A stretch of 64,000 nt of DNA. Origin: the human T2T-CHM13v2.0 reference genome, Homo sapiens. Position 1 is the stretch's first letter. Every line of letters begins with the position of its first letter. Made by a program: the position numbers and the translations under genes. Below, one piece after another: positions 1-28,340 of this stretch. The stretch lies in assembly GCF_009914755.1 (NCBI RefSeq), contig NC_060939.1. One strand, given 5' to 3'. A model generated the notes under the pieces. That model was not told where the DNA came from. It ran no database searches and saw only the letters and a program-made list of their open reading frames with translations.

Positions 1-866
1 TCCATCTCCAAAAACATAAATAAAATAAAATAAAAGTAATTTTGAGAGCTTATTCCCTTATTCTTAATTCATATAACTAAAGACGCTGCTCACGATTTAC
101 AGACTTGAAAAATAAGGGGCTTCAAATTACAACTATATTTAATACTATAATATTAACAAAGATTTAATTGCTTGTTTAAAAATTCAAAACCACAATTCCT
201 CTAGCAAGTGTGAACTGTTACCATTTAAAGAAAATAATAGGGATAATCACATTCATCAAATACTTTTTTTAACCTGATGCTATGCTAGTCACCACAATGA
301 CCATCTCTTGTACTTTTGTTCTGCCATTAAAAAATTCTTAGACCATTCATTATTGAATTATAGTTTAAGCTGGTAAACTGAGGTAAAATACTGAATAACC
401 TGAGAAATCACAAGTACAGTCAAAGTCCACGGTACAAAACTACTGAACCATGCTCCCTCTTTATATAATATTATGTAAACTGCTAAGTTTAAATGTCATC
501 CACTCGGTGGGTTTAAAGTCTTTTCCAGATATAATCTAAACTGTGAGGAAAAAGTGAATTCTAAATTCCACATAAATTGACTTCTGTGTCTTTCTTTTTG
601 CTTGAAAACTCTTCAAACATTGCCACTGATTCAGTTTCACCTGTTGGTAATGAACACAGAACTCATTGTGGGGAAAAACAATCCAGTGTGTGAGAAAAGT
701 AAGAGAAGCTATCAGATACACAGGGGAGTGAAATAAGTAACTGAAAAACACCTCAACCACAACACTTTTCTCTGTCCTAAAGAAGGCATTTTGAATTTTG
801 ATATCCTAGTTACTTCTTTCATGAAACATTTTATAGGTTCCAAAAGCTCCCAAGTTGCGTACTCAC

Positions 867-984
867 CTGGTTCATCTGAATCCTGAATCCGGGCTTTTAT
901 GTCTGCTAAACTAGGCTCTTGAGAGATCGAAGCCGCTGCCCCCTCCTCTGGGTCCTCTACCTTAGTCACAGTAAAATGTGGCAT
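867..984 (-). CDS. SLC12A6: K-Cl cotransporter KCC3, alternative first coding exon 1b (KCC3b N-terminus)
   Basis: Translates to MPHFTVTKVEDPEEGAAASISQEPSLADIKARIQDSDEP. 118 nt (phase 1), followed by a GTGAGT donor (actcac at 861-866). The remaining exons lie left of the window. Confidence 0.95.
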
Positions 985-1130
985 TGTTATAGTTAGATAA
1001 TACTTTGCTCTTTCTGTATTTAAACTTCCTTCCAGTTAGTTTTCCCTGCCTACCTCTTCCTTGCTGTCGTTTCAGACTGTGATCCCTGCCTACAAGAGAC
1101 AGTGGCTGGGATTCGGGAAGTACTTTAAGC

Positions 1131-1199
1131 TCACGTGACCTACAGCCCTGAGGGAGTGGGGCGCTTGAAGACACGCCTTCCACAGTGTTTATCATTCAC
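1131..1199. promoter_or_regulatory. SLC12A6: Putative KCC3b (exon 1b) proximal promoter motifs: palindromic E-box and HNF1-like site
   Basis: TCACGTGA at 1131-1138. GTTTATCATTCAC at 1187-1199 has 2 mismatches to GTTAATNATTAAC. Motif match only. Confidence 0.4.
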
Positions 1200-1436
1200 T
1201 TAAAAGGATTAAGCACTCCACCCTTGCTTATTGTTATTAACCTGAAGAACCCCAAGAACAGTTTAGCCTGCTTCCCAAAGCTGCTGAAACCTGGAGACTG
1301 GACAGAATTCACAGTGAACTACTGTCTACCGCTTGCTCCTCTATTTCCTTCACTGAAGTTGTCATTCTTATCTGCATGTCATGATCTCAACCTCTGCCCT
1401 CATATTTCACACAAGAAAGATTAGAGAACAGTTAAC

Positions 1437-2130
<694 letters not shown>

Positions 2131-2509
2131 AATATATATGTTTAAAGAGTTCAGAACTTTTGTATTGTACAGAGTGGTTGTTTCAAAGAAAAAAAAAAAA
2201 GTCCCAGAAAATCCCTTTAAGTGGCGTACAGTTCCTTTAGCATACCCTTAAAATAACATACTTAATTCTTGATATAATTTATCAGACAACTGTATCAAGT
2301 TCTCAGCTGACGACTTTAGAGTATGAGGTTCTACCTCTGTACTTAGCAGGGGAGTTCAGTAAATTGAGCCCTGTGTAATGTCCATATTGATGATGTAGTA
2401 TAAGGCCTCTGTTATTGGGAATGCCTTCCATCTGACAAGTAAGGTTGTGCTAAATTTAACTGAAGCAATGATGCTTTGAATTCTTAGTCATTCAGTTATA
2501 TACCACTTC

Positions 2510-2830
2510 TTGCAGCACTATTCACAACAGCCAAAATATGGAATCAACTTAAGTGCCCATTAACACATGAGTATATGAAGAAAATGTGGAATATATATAC
2601 AACAGAATACGATTCAGCCATAAAAATGAAATCATGTCATTTGCGGCAACACGGATGGAACTGGAGGTCATTATGTTAAGTGAAATAAGCCAAGCATAGA
2701 GAGACAAATATCACATTTTCATTCATACGTAGGAGCTAAAAATGTGGATCTCATGAATATAGAAAGTAGAATGGTTGTTACCAGAGGCTAGGAAGGGTAG
2801 GGGGGAAGGAGGATTAAAGAGGAAAAAAAG
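2510..2830 (+). mobile_element. Old LINE-1 3' fragment
   Basis: gcagcactattcacaacagccaaaatatggaatcaac...ggatggaactggaggtcattatgttaagtgaaataagcc resembles the L1 ORF2 end / 3' UTR. Confidence 0.8.
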
Positions 2831-2940
2831 AAGGTAAATATAAAAGCACAATCACGTTGATAACTGATTTATGCTAGCAAGAATACTGGCCTTGTTTTGG
2901 AATAAACAATTTTTTTTTTTTTTTTTTAAAGAAAAAGCTA

Positions 2941-3255
2941 GGCTGGGTGAGGTGGCTCATGCCTGTAATCCCAGCACTTTGGGAGGCCGAGGCGGGTGGA
3001 TCAAGAGGTCAGGAGATCAAGACCAACCTGGCTAACACAGTGAAACCCTGTCTCTACTAAAAATACAAAAATCTTAGCCAGGCGTGGTGGCGGGCGCCTG
3101 TAGTTCCAGAAGGCTGAGACAGGAGAATGGCATGAACCTGGAAGGTGGAGCTTGCAGTGAGCCAAGATCACGTCACTGTACTCCAGCCTGGGCGACAGAG
3201 CAAGACTCGTCTCAAAAAAAATAAATACAATAAAATAAAATAAAATAAAATAAAG
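2941..3255 (+). mobile_element. AluY-like element
   Basis: ggagatcaagacca..ctggctaacac and ggagcttgcagtg are AluY-type diagnostics; (TAAAA)n tail. Confidence 0.88.
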
Positions 3256-3739
3256 GAAAAGAAAACCCTACAAATATATACCACTTCTAAAAGAGAAGGA
3301 AAGCAATAAAGACCTAGTTTGTACTCTGCATTGCACTAGAAACTTTACATCACGATCTCATTTAATCAACACGAAAACAGAAACATTAGACTAAGAAACT
3401 TGCCCAAAGTCACCATTGTAAGTGGTGAAACTCAACTTTAAAACCTCTAATGCCCTGAGGTAGGCAACATAGAGTATGTTTCAAAGAAAGAAAACTCATA
3501 TACACTCACCTAAATTTTATTTCATTGGTTCTTAATAGCACTGGTTTGGCTGCACAGGTTCTCTCCTACGGTGAACTATATATAAAAGTGCAGGGGCATA
3601 GAAAATTGAAGGCAAAGTTAAAGTAGTACAGAAAAAGCTGAGAGAAAACTAGTAAAGCTGAGGTGTGTGATGTGCATGGAGAGTGATTAAAGAAGGTGGG
3701 ATGTGAGAAATAGCTATTTAAAGTACAATACACTATCAC

Positions 3740-6560
<2,821 letters not shown>

Positions 6561-8997
6561 AGGAATCATACAGGTATGAAATATTTACATTTGTATACTT
6601 TAAAAAAATTATGGTATTTTTAAGTAATAAGATATAAAGGTCAGGCCAGGGCAAAAGGGGCATTTATAATGGCATTACTCCCATAGTGCTTTATATATTA
6701 GGCCAAATCTTACACATATTGTATTTATGTTATTAATTAGTTTCAGTAAAACACATTATTTGTGACTATATTATACCTGCTAAAAATAGTTAGCATGCCC
6801 ATTCTTCAGAGGAATGGGTCTATTTTGGGGTAGTATTTTGATACTGCAACTTAATATGTTACACTAGCATAGCTCAGAACTCATAATAACCACTGTTCTG
6901 TTTTATTAAACCCATTTATTAAAAAAAAATTTTAAGTTAGATTTAGTGAAAAGATTGAAACAATTAAGGGAAAGTCAGTGGGAAATTATTTTCAATATAA
7001 GGATTCTCTATCAGAGGGCTACCGGTAGGGAAAGAGCACTCTATATCCCATACTCCGTACCCTCTCGAGTGTGGTATCATTTAGAAGGTTAGGCGAACAT
7101 GAAAGGATGTGAACCACTGTTTTAGAACACTGCTTTGCAAATTATCTCTGGTAAAGAACTTTTTTTTTCTTTGAATTTCCAATTCATTATGGGCCAATAA
7201 TTTTGTTAAAAAATAGTAAAAATGAATTACTAGAAAAATAAAATAAATATATATCAAATATAAGCCCCAATTTGTTATTATTAGATTTGACAGACATAAA
7301 TTTGTTCTATCAAACTGCTATGCAAGTTTCTAAAAACTCAATTTCTGAACTTATCTCCTCACAAATAATAAACAGCTCATGGGCCAGCACTGTCTCGTAC
7401 TACACTCTGAATAGTTCTGTGTTAGAAAATGCTATAAACATCTTACAGGAGAATGAGCTGTTCACCACTTACATTTAGGGCTACTACTATAGCAGAGCCT
7501 GAAAGGTATAGTCTCATTCTTAAGTAGAAGATGTATACACATTTTCCTTATTTATCATATTCAGCAAACCCTCTTATCCCTCTGCAACTGAGACAGGAAA
7601 TATTAGTGAAAAATATAAAAAAGATCACAAATTCTAAATTTTGCCTTACTATGTATAAAATTATTAAAAGAATTGAATGCATCAATTACTTTGGTAAAGA
7701 CCAACTATCATGGGATGGTAAGGACTTACAGCTTAAGTCTTTTAAATCTTGACTTGAAACTGTCTATGAAAATGCATTTTTATGAAATGTTATCAGTGGT
7801 GAATATATAATGAATTTGGAGGCTAAAACTAAAAATAGAAGAATTAAATGTCATACATCAGAAATGAAACCCTGAGTAACTGAATGTCTGTGTTCATAGC
7901 TGCCAGTGCTACCTCTTTGGTTGGTGATTTATATATTTATAAATATATAAAAGACATTATTTTCTGGTGGATTCATCATATTGTAGAGTAAGAAAGGCAA
8001 AGAGTTCTCCAAGTTAAAGCCTCAGGAAAATCTCATGCTTTAACTGAGGCTGAAAGGATCATGCATTCACTCAATAATATTTGAGTGCCCACTAAGTGCC
8101 AAGAAATAGGAATGAAATGGAGAGCAAGACACTGTTCCTGCCCAAGGAGCTCACAGTCTTATTATCCAAATTAACTATAGACTCAAAGGCAATACAAAAC
8201 TAGGATTATACGTCCAATGCACTATAATTAGAGAATGAACCTTGAGAACACAACACACCACCACCTGCCCAGCTACTTTTTCAACTTCCTAAAAGTTGTG
8301 TCTTCACTAGAGGAAAGAATAGAGTAGGATAGTTGATGGCTAGCTAATTTGATAGCTACTTCAGCCATTTTGGCCGCTGATCCAAATACCAAAGCAGGCA
8401 TTATCAAATGCCTCTGAGTCCTCAGTTGCCACTGTTGCCTCTTTCAGCATATCACAACTCTTTATAAAAGGTTGCCACCTTTTTCCTTAGTCTAATGTCA
8501 ATATAGCCCAGGTATGACAGATAGGACCTGAGAATCCCAACCAAAGAGGGTAGCACTGGCAGCTATGAAGACAGACATTCAGTTACTCAGGGTTTCATTT
8601 CTGATCTAAGATATTTCATTCATCCATTATGAAATGCTTGCTAGATTAAAAACGGGCTCCTAGTCAACACAAAAAAAGTGTATAGAAAATAAACCTGACA
8701 TTAAGCAACATATTGTTAAAACTAAGGACATATTTCTAAAAATGTGAGGAAAGGAAAATGAAAACACAATCCAAAACAAAATTTTTTAGATCTATTGAGA
8801 CTTGGGTCAAAATCTTCATTAGCTTTAGGACAGAATGATTAATGTAACTAAATCAATAACTGTTGATGTAACTCAGCACTACTACACTGCTCTAGGCACA
8901 TAATTTGTGTAAAAGACAATGAAATACCTATTCTTATGCCAGATTTCTTTTTACGAACATAGAATCTAAGTTATTCAGAGAATATGTCATTTTATTA

Positions 8998-16398
<7,401 letters not shown>

Positions 16399-18709
16399 CT
16401 TCATGTGTCACCTCCTGTTTGTGTGATGTAATGTGAGTAGAAGACATATGACAAGAAACTTCGGGTGGGAAGTTTCTCTACAGGAAGAAACGTGGGAGGC
16501 ATGGGGGAAAGGAGAATCATACTAATGTCACAACCACAGAAGGATGTACAAAGGGTGAAAAAATTCAGAGAACTGTAAATACTAAAATAGCAAACTAACT
16601 GTGAAATGCACTATGAGCTTAAGGAGAGTCAACTGTAGAAAGGATGCAGTTGTTATCTATATTAAAGCCAGCCTAGAGGGAAGTGTATATTAACATTAGG
16701 CCCTTTTCTTCACAACAGCACCCTTTGAAGATCTACATCTAAATCTAACAAGGGCTTTCACATACTGAGAAGTCAAGGGTGAAATAATTGTGTTTCTAAG
16801 TGGTTTCTTCTAATGGTGGGGAAAATTTATCACATGATGACAGTCATCATAAGAATTTTTTTAAATATAGAAAGAAAAAAAAAGAGAAAAGGTAGGTCAC
16901 TGAGAAAGTATAAAGTTCCACGAGAATAGGGCAAAGTCCTCTCTAATGGCCAGACTATTAATTTCCCTTTCATCTGGGTACCGGAGAATATTTAAACATT
17001 AAGTAAGGAATGTGTTATATAGAGAACCAAGCTTTTAACATCTGTAACCACGTAAACAAACATAAATTTCACTTAGATATGTCCCCATTTTTACCCCTGT
17101 AGTCCCATTTTTACCCCTATAGTGTAAAAGGATACCACTTTAGACTGTAAAGAATGCTTAAGGGTAACGTAAGAACCGCAGACTGGACAAGGAACCTGTT
17201 CTGCTGGTCTAACACATTACTAAGTCCACTTTTCCAAAGAATAAAAATACAATTCTGTAACATGTAAGTCACAAGTCTAACAAACTAAACTATAAATTAC
17301 CTAATGATAATTACAATATTAAGAAATTAACACTGGTATAGTCTTTACCTGGAATTTTTACAACCTAAATACAGCATGATGGATAAAAACTAAAACCACA
17401 ATTTGGAATTAATTTGGAGGAAGAGGAAATGATAAATTTGTATTCCATACTGTAATTTTAATCCAGTGTATGACACACTGTAAAATTTGTCAAAAAGTTG
17501 AAAACAGTAAAGTCTGAGAACCAACCTATGTCTCCATAAAAGAAAAAATGATTAGTCAAGGATGAGTGAATTCTAGGACTGTAAACTTTACCAAATCTAC
17601 CTTGTCTCCAGATACTAAAAACACAAACAGAATTAGGGAACTAAAATCATTCTGGTTTCCTGAACCCTTTAGGTTAAAAGGAACAATATTTCCTGACACC
17701 GGAAAATGGTGAGTAAGCCTTGCTTTCACAAGTCAGTGGGTGAGGCTATGGTTTTCAAACTTGGGTGGAATATTATTTTAAGAGTCTTTAAGGGAAATTT
17801 TTATCATTAAAAGATTACATTAGTTACAACACAGCATAAAACTAAATATATAAAGCAGTACAGGTCTCAAACTTTTAAATTTCAGAGTCCAAAAAATGTT
17901 ATGATCTCCCCATTTTCTCTCTTCTCTCTCTTCCATCACCTCTTCCCAGTACCTCAAATAAAACCAAGCCAGCTGACACACACAAACTGGTTTAGGAAGC
18001 TAAAGGTCTGTAGCAGTCAACATGAGCCAGGAGTGGCTTGTGTGCTACCTGCTAACTCTAATCATCAGACTTTCCATCTAAAGCTCAGAGAGAATAAATT
18101 ACATGGGAATCAGGCCCTAAAAGCCTTTTCAGAAGTCTTCCATTTGACAGAATAGCACATTAGGTCTACCCACCATCACCCTGAGTGGGCTTAGCTACTT
18201 GTGTCAAGGTCTCCATAAAAATACAGATTTCAAAAAAGAATTTTGCAATACACATTCGAAGTCTTGGAGGAAAGCTGCTAAGATACGACCAGTAACTACT
18301 CCATGAAACCAGTCTTAAAGCAGACTGAAATAGCCAATGATGGCTACAGAACACATATCCAACTCACTAAATTTTAAAATTTAGGATTCTGTGTGCTGAA
18401 AACGATTACATTCTTTGATATTCACCTTTAACCAAAATACCCATTTCATTTCTAAGAAGACAAAAATGAGGAAGTTAAAATATACATTTGCCTTCCTTCT
18501 TGTCATACACCTTCCCACATACCAAATTACTACTGCAAAGAGCCACTATGCTATTATTCCAAAGAGTTCCTAAGCATCTCACAAAGAGATGCCTTGGTTC
18601 CTGATGACTATTATAATCATAATTATATGATTATGATCTTCCAGATCCATAGATGGTCATCTTGGATAAAGAACCCAGTAATGAAAGTATGCTGCGGTCT
18701 GTGTTTCTA

Positions 18710-19093
<384 letters not shown>

Positions 19094-19649
19094 TCAATAA
19101 CCTTGATTCACACCACACAAAAAGCCCCAACTAAGAATACTTCTACTCAGAATTCAAGCCGACTGTCCTAGAAAGTGCATCACCAATAGGTGAATATATT
19201 TTTTAAGAGAGAAAAAAACAAAAAACAAAAAGACAAAACAATGCCAATCTTGTGTGACTTCTTTCCTTCAGAATGAAGAGCTACCTAGCTAACCCCTCTG
19301 GTCCGGGGCTGAAGGCTCAGTGCCATGGTCTCAGGGCAGCAGATGAAGCCTCCCTCCCCTCAGCCCCCAGTTTCCTGTCGAGGTAGTCCTTTATCTGGTG
19401 AGTGTCCCACGGTTCTAGTTGGGCGAAGTGCGTGCAGGCAAACCTTTATCAGGCGACTATAGCGTGGATCAGATTGCTAAAAGGTGTACACCCGGCCACC
19501 TGTTGTGTATCAGGTGAATACCCCACAGGTCTGGCTGGGGGGAGGTGTATGCAAAGCCACCCGGTGTTTTTGATGTCGACAATCCACTTGGGTCTGGTGG
19601 GAAAGGTGCACATGCATAACGGGAAAAATAACCCACACTACTGAGAGAA

Positions 19650-20560
19650 GGGTGAGCAGAGGAGGATGCAGGGGCAGAGCGGATTCCTGTCTCCGAGAGG
19701 TCGGTGGGGGTGGCGCGCCCGCTCTTCTCCTAGCAGAAAGGTCCTCGGGGTCTGGGAGGAGGTTAGCGGATCAAGACACCTCGGACTGCAGCTCAGAGTC
19801 GTGGCAAGTCGTAGCTAGTCCACTGAGCCACGGTCCGCTCGCTAGGTTTCTCCTGCGTGTGACAGGACGAGCCACCCCCTTTGCCGGAGGCGCGTTCTCC
19901 CCTACCCCCGCCCCGGCGCAGGTCACCCCCTCGTCGTTCTTCCTCAGGGTCCCAGTAGAGGAGGAGACGGCCACGCAGGCTGGCCTGACTGGGCAGCAGG
20001 GTGAGGGAGAAGGAGGTCGCAGGTGCAGTATCCCGGCGCCAGCTGATGCGGGTGCGCGCGCAGCTGTTGTTTACTAGCCGGTAACTGTTTCAGAGCCGCG
20101 GCGCGCGCAGGGTTCGCGCTGCCGGGGCTGGCGCCCCCTCCCCGGCCCGACGCCAGAGCAGCAGTTACGTGACCTGGCCTCCCCCAGCCCCGGGCCCGAC
20201 GGGGTGCGCCCGCGCCGCCGCAGCCCTTCCCTTCCCTCCCCGCTTGTTCCTCATTCGAGGTGAACCTTGCGAAGAGAAGCCCGGGGGTGCAGTGAGAGGG
20301 CGGAACCGTCCCGCGGGCGCCCGAAAGCCCCGCCCAGCCGCCGCAGCCCGCGGTGACCGAGTGCAGCGCGCCTGCGCTCGCCGCGGGACACGGCAGGCGG
20401 GGCGGGGCCGAATACGAGTGGCCAGGGGCACGACGGGAGCTGTAGTCCAGGGCACGGCCCGACCCGCGTGAAGAGGGGAATAATCCTTTTCCTCGGTCCG
20501 GCTGTGCTGCACACTCACTCTGGAAGCATCCTAGAGGGCGGGCGCTGCTCCTCACCCTCA
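19650..20560. promoter_or_regulatory. SLC12A6: CpG island / SLC12A6 distal promoter
   Basis: High GC and CpG density, GC boxes (ggggcgggg), and an ACTACAnnTCCC (ZNF143/THAP11-associated) motif on the minus strand at 20435-20446. Confidence 0.85.
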
Positions 20561-20736
20561 GAACCCGGGGAGCCATTTCTCTTTCATGAGTGTCTCTGAA
20601 AACATCATTCATGATTTCTTTAACCAGAAACACCGCTCCTATACCTGGGAATAACCCTCATTGTAATTTTTATGTAGAGGTCTACATACAAATAAACCAC
20701 TTTTATGTAAAAAAAAAAAATTAAAACTATAAAGTA

Positions 20737-23589
<2,853 letters not shown>

Positions 23590-24272
23590 TCAATTTGAGT
23601 TCAAAGATAAGTTAATCAGGAGAAAAATCAGACTAAACAGGTTAAGTAACTTTCTCAAAGTTATACAAAAAGCAAATACTGGTCTTCTGACTTTCAATTC
23701 ACTGACCTCTGTCTGTAATATGCCTATTACTTTTACAAGTACTCTTCCATTTTTAATCAAAATCTTATTTCAAGGGACAAGAAATTACGTTAAGTGACAA
23801 CAGAGGTATTTTTCAGTGAATGCTGACAGCTGTGAAAGTCTTAATCTTTCTTCCCCAATACCCTCCTATCATGAACAGCACATGACCACTCTTGCAACAG
23901 CAGGACTGAAGTTTTTCTTCCAAGTGGTATTGTTGCAACTCTCTGGGGTACTCTCCTTTATCATCTCCCTCCCTTTAAAAAAATACTGCCAATCCTTTCC
24001 TCCAACAACTCACAAAATAAGAGTTTTTCAAATCATTTTATCTTTAATAATCTTGTAGTAATTTAAAATATGAGAAAAAAAAGTCAAATGTGTTCCCTTT
24101 ATGGGTGATGCCACCATGATTGCCTCACACAAGCATAATCAATCGCCACGAGAGACTGGATGCCAAAGAGTATGGCTGGCAAAAAGGCATCAGGGCTCAC
24201 AGTCCGAAGAGTTTGGTTACGGAGTCTCCGAGGGGTAACAGGTGGCAGAAAAGACATCAGTTTAAGGGACCC

Positions 24273-24413
24273 TCAGAGGACAGGGCGCGGTTGCTGGGTC
24301 ATGAGCACCTTGAAGCGTTTCTTGATGGTGATTCGGTGTCGAGAGTATTTGTCATCTGGGGAGAACCGAGCAGGATGGGCTGAGCAGGTCTGTTGTCCCA
24401 TCGGGTCAAATTT
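24273..24413 (-). CDS. NOP10: H/ACA ribonucleoprotein complex subunit NOP10, exon 2
   Basis: [46 protein letters not shown]-stop. AG acceptor at 24414-24415; candidate ATTAAA poly(A) signal at 24043-24048. Confidence 0.98.
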   Translation of the reverse strand, partial: KFDPMGQQTCSAHPARFSPDDKYSRHRITIKKRFKVLMTQQPRPVL

Positions 24414-24560
24414 CTGCTCCAGGAACACAGAATGTATGTCAGTACAGGAGTGATGAAATGGGGTGGGGCCAGCGCGAAAAAGGGCAAACATGAAAATAGA
24501 AGATGCAATGGTCAACTCAAAAAGTTGTACAAATAAATAGAGAAATATAAAATTTAAAAA

Positions 24561-25152
<592 letters not shown>

Positions 25153-25324
25153 GAATTTTTTCTTTTAATTAAAAAATGAGTCGCGCGGTCCCGGTTCTTC
25201 CCCACCTCGGTTCTGGACTTTCTGGTTCCCCGCACCCAGCTAGGTAACTCCACGTATGACCTCACCCACTCCTCCCATCTACATTTCTCGCCATGCCTAT
25301 TTACACCCTGTTTTCTCTCCTCAC

Positions 25325-25378
25325 CTTCAGCGTATAGACTCGATCTCCCTGCTCGTTGAGGTAATACTGGAGAAACAT
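25325..25378 (-). CDS. NOP10: NOP10 exon 1
   Basis: MFLQYYLNEQGDRVYTLK, 54 nt, GTGAG donor; joined to exon 2 gives 64 aa. Confidence 0.98.
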
Positions 25379-25379
25379 G

Positions 25380-25650
25380 ATCGCTTATAAGCCAGCGGTC
25401 CCAATTCGGTCCACCGCTCAGTCTGCAGTGGTCCGCCCGACCGCGTCACGTGTTCGTCAATTTCCTTCCTGCATAACCGGAAGTCTCTCTCTCCTGGCAC
25501 TCCGGAAAATGTAGTCAATTTTTGCCTTGTTTTCAGCTAGCCAGAAGGGGGCGCACGAGAGCAGGGCTTGGCTTGGGGCCCTACTTGCAACTTTGCAGGC
25601 TAAAACACGTGGAGTGTCCCTACTGTGTGCTAGGTACACGGCGTTAGAGG
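25380..25650. promoter_or_regulatory. Shared NOP10/NUTM1 divergent promoter region
   Basis: CpG-rich. GTCACGTG at 25445-25452, ETS site ACCGGAAGT at 25476-25484, CACGTG at 25606-25611. The NOP10 ATG and NUTM1 exon-1 ATGs are about 560-620 bp apart. Confidence 0.7.
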
Positions 25651-25937
25651 GGGGTAGGGATGGATGTGGATAGAATATTGACGTATAGAAGCCTGTCTTT
25701 GTCTCAAGATACACACCCATTTCAGGAGCAGTGAGTTTTCAATGCCTGAAGAAACAAGGGCTCCAGGATTCAGAGCCCCTTTACCCTAGGGAAGAAAGAA
25801 GAGGTTTTCTTCCCTCCCCTCTTTTACATCCAGTTCCCCTGCTCCATTTCAAAGCGTTGGCGGTAAAGAATGCATGTTGAGTATCAATATTCCGTAAAGC
25901 GAAAGAGCGTAAAGTTATTTTATGAAACTGGTGAAGC

Positions 25938-26007
25938 ATGTTTCAGCGGTCGAACCAAGATTTAAAGTTAGGTCCCTACCGCAAATTCAGCGCTCTTTCT
26001 TATGGTG
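25938..26007 (+). CDS. NUTM1: NUTM1 exon 1 coding part (ATG 26002 for the long isoform; ATG 25938 in another frame for an exon-2-skipping isoform)
   Basis: ATGGTG|gtgagt at 26002-26013. The upstream frame MFQRSNQDLKLGPYRKFSALSYG plus 1 nt fits the phase of exon 3. Confidence 0.8.
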
Positions 26008-26247
26008 GTGAGTAGCTAATAATAACGTAATAAAGTGCACCTTCTAGGAGTTTTTACAATTTTTAAAAGAATATAGAAGTTCTCCTTATAAGACTCTCGT
26101 TTAAAGAAATGAAAATGAGAACCAAAATATCATTACAAAGATCATCGTTACGCCATTATTTACAATGACAAAAGCATTGGAATATATATTAACTGTGTAA
26201 CCAGAAAAACCTGCACTTTTTTTTTTTTTTTTTTAAGAATATGGTTT

Positions 26248-27332
<1,085 letters not shown>

Positions 27333-28246
27333 TTTAAATCTAAGTAGTTAATTTTGTTAGAAAGGAAAATGATGATTTTAGCCTTCAGGTCTTTAGAAAA
27401 GAGAAAAGATATCTCAGAGGAAGCAAGAAAGATGCCATGAACCCCAGGGAAGGCCTTTTGGGGGAAATCCACGTTTGGATGAAGCTGTGGCTGTAGAGGA
27501 TGCTCTGGGAGTTACTGGCCTGAAATAGTCGCCAGGAACCTTAGCAGATAAATTTTATTTTTAAAGTTTAAACCAAAATAATTTAACAAAAAGAAGGACT
27601 TTCTACTCTTGAAATTTTAAACTGCATGGCAGCTTTTTTATTTAGTGAGGCTTTTCAGCAAAGGGTAAGGCGTCTGTGGAGTACAGAGCCTATGTTAGTA
27701 GATTGGACAGCTTTCCAAGGAAATGATGTGCACACAGCAATCGAGCACCTTGGATCATCTGACAATTCTAATTTTAAACTTTAGTTCCCTTGATCCTTAC
27801 GTGTATAGACCAATGTACTCTGAATTTAGTTCAGAAAATATAGCCATCATTGAATTAAGTCAGGGGTCTACAGTCAACCTGCTGTTAATAGGAAGTCAGT
27901 TACAGAACTGGCTGGGATGGAAGGACACAAAATGAGATATGTTGGTGAAGAATCGAAGTGTAGTGAACCAAACGGTAAAACTGTAATGTGTTGGGAATCT
28001 GAGAAAAAGTTTACAAATAGCCCTAAAGAGGCAAACATCAATTGTGTTGCCAAACTGTAGTTTGAAGGGAATTCCTGGTTTTTTCATACTTACTAGAACC
28101 CTTCATGGAATATCTGTCCCCACCCTCACCCCACTTTTCCCTCTCCCCTCCCCCACAGCAGAATGCCTTGAGTTCCGTATTCTAGTTCTGTGTGATCTGA
28201 TCTTTACCTTCCCTTCCTTGGATCCCTGTGCACCTACTGGAGCCAG

Positions 28247-28340
28247 GTTACTCTGGGTCCTGGACCTGACTGCCTCATTCTGGAGGCTTCCAGACAGCCA
28301 CAGTTAGTGCCCAAACCTGAGAGGATGGCTTCAGATGGAG
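28247..28340 (+). CDS. NUTM1: NUTM1 exon 2 (contains the MASDG start at 28325)
   Basis: cAG|GTTACT...ATGGCTTCAGATGGAG|gtaagt; translates VTLGPGPDCLILEASRQPQLVPKPERMASDG. Confidence 0.92.

Noticed and set aside
18613-18634. Short palindrome ataatcata-atta-tatgattat near the exon 1a donor (similar AT-rich repeats at ~4760-4810)
   Set aside because: Short AT-rich inverted repeats are expected by chance or slippage, and there is no further support.
19652-20633. Long ORFs (141 and 229 aa) in the SLC12A6 CpG island
   Set aside because: Stop-poor GC-rich DNA is open in several frames on both strands, and there is no recognisable domain.
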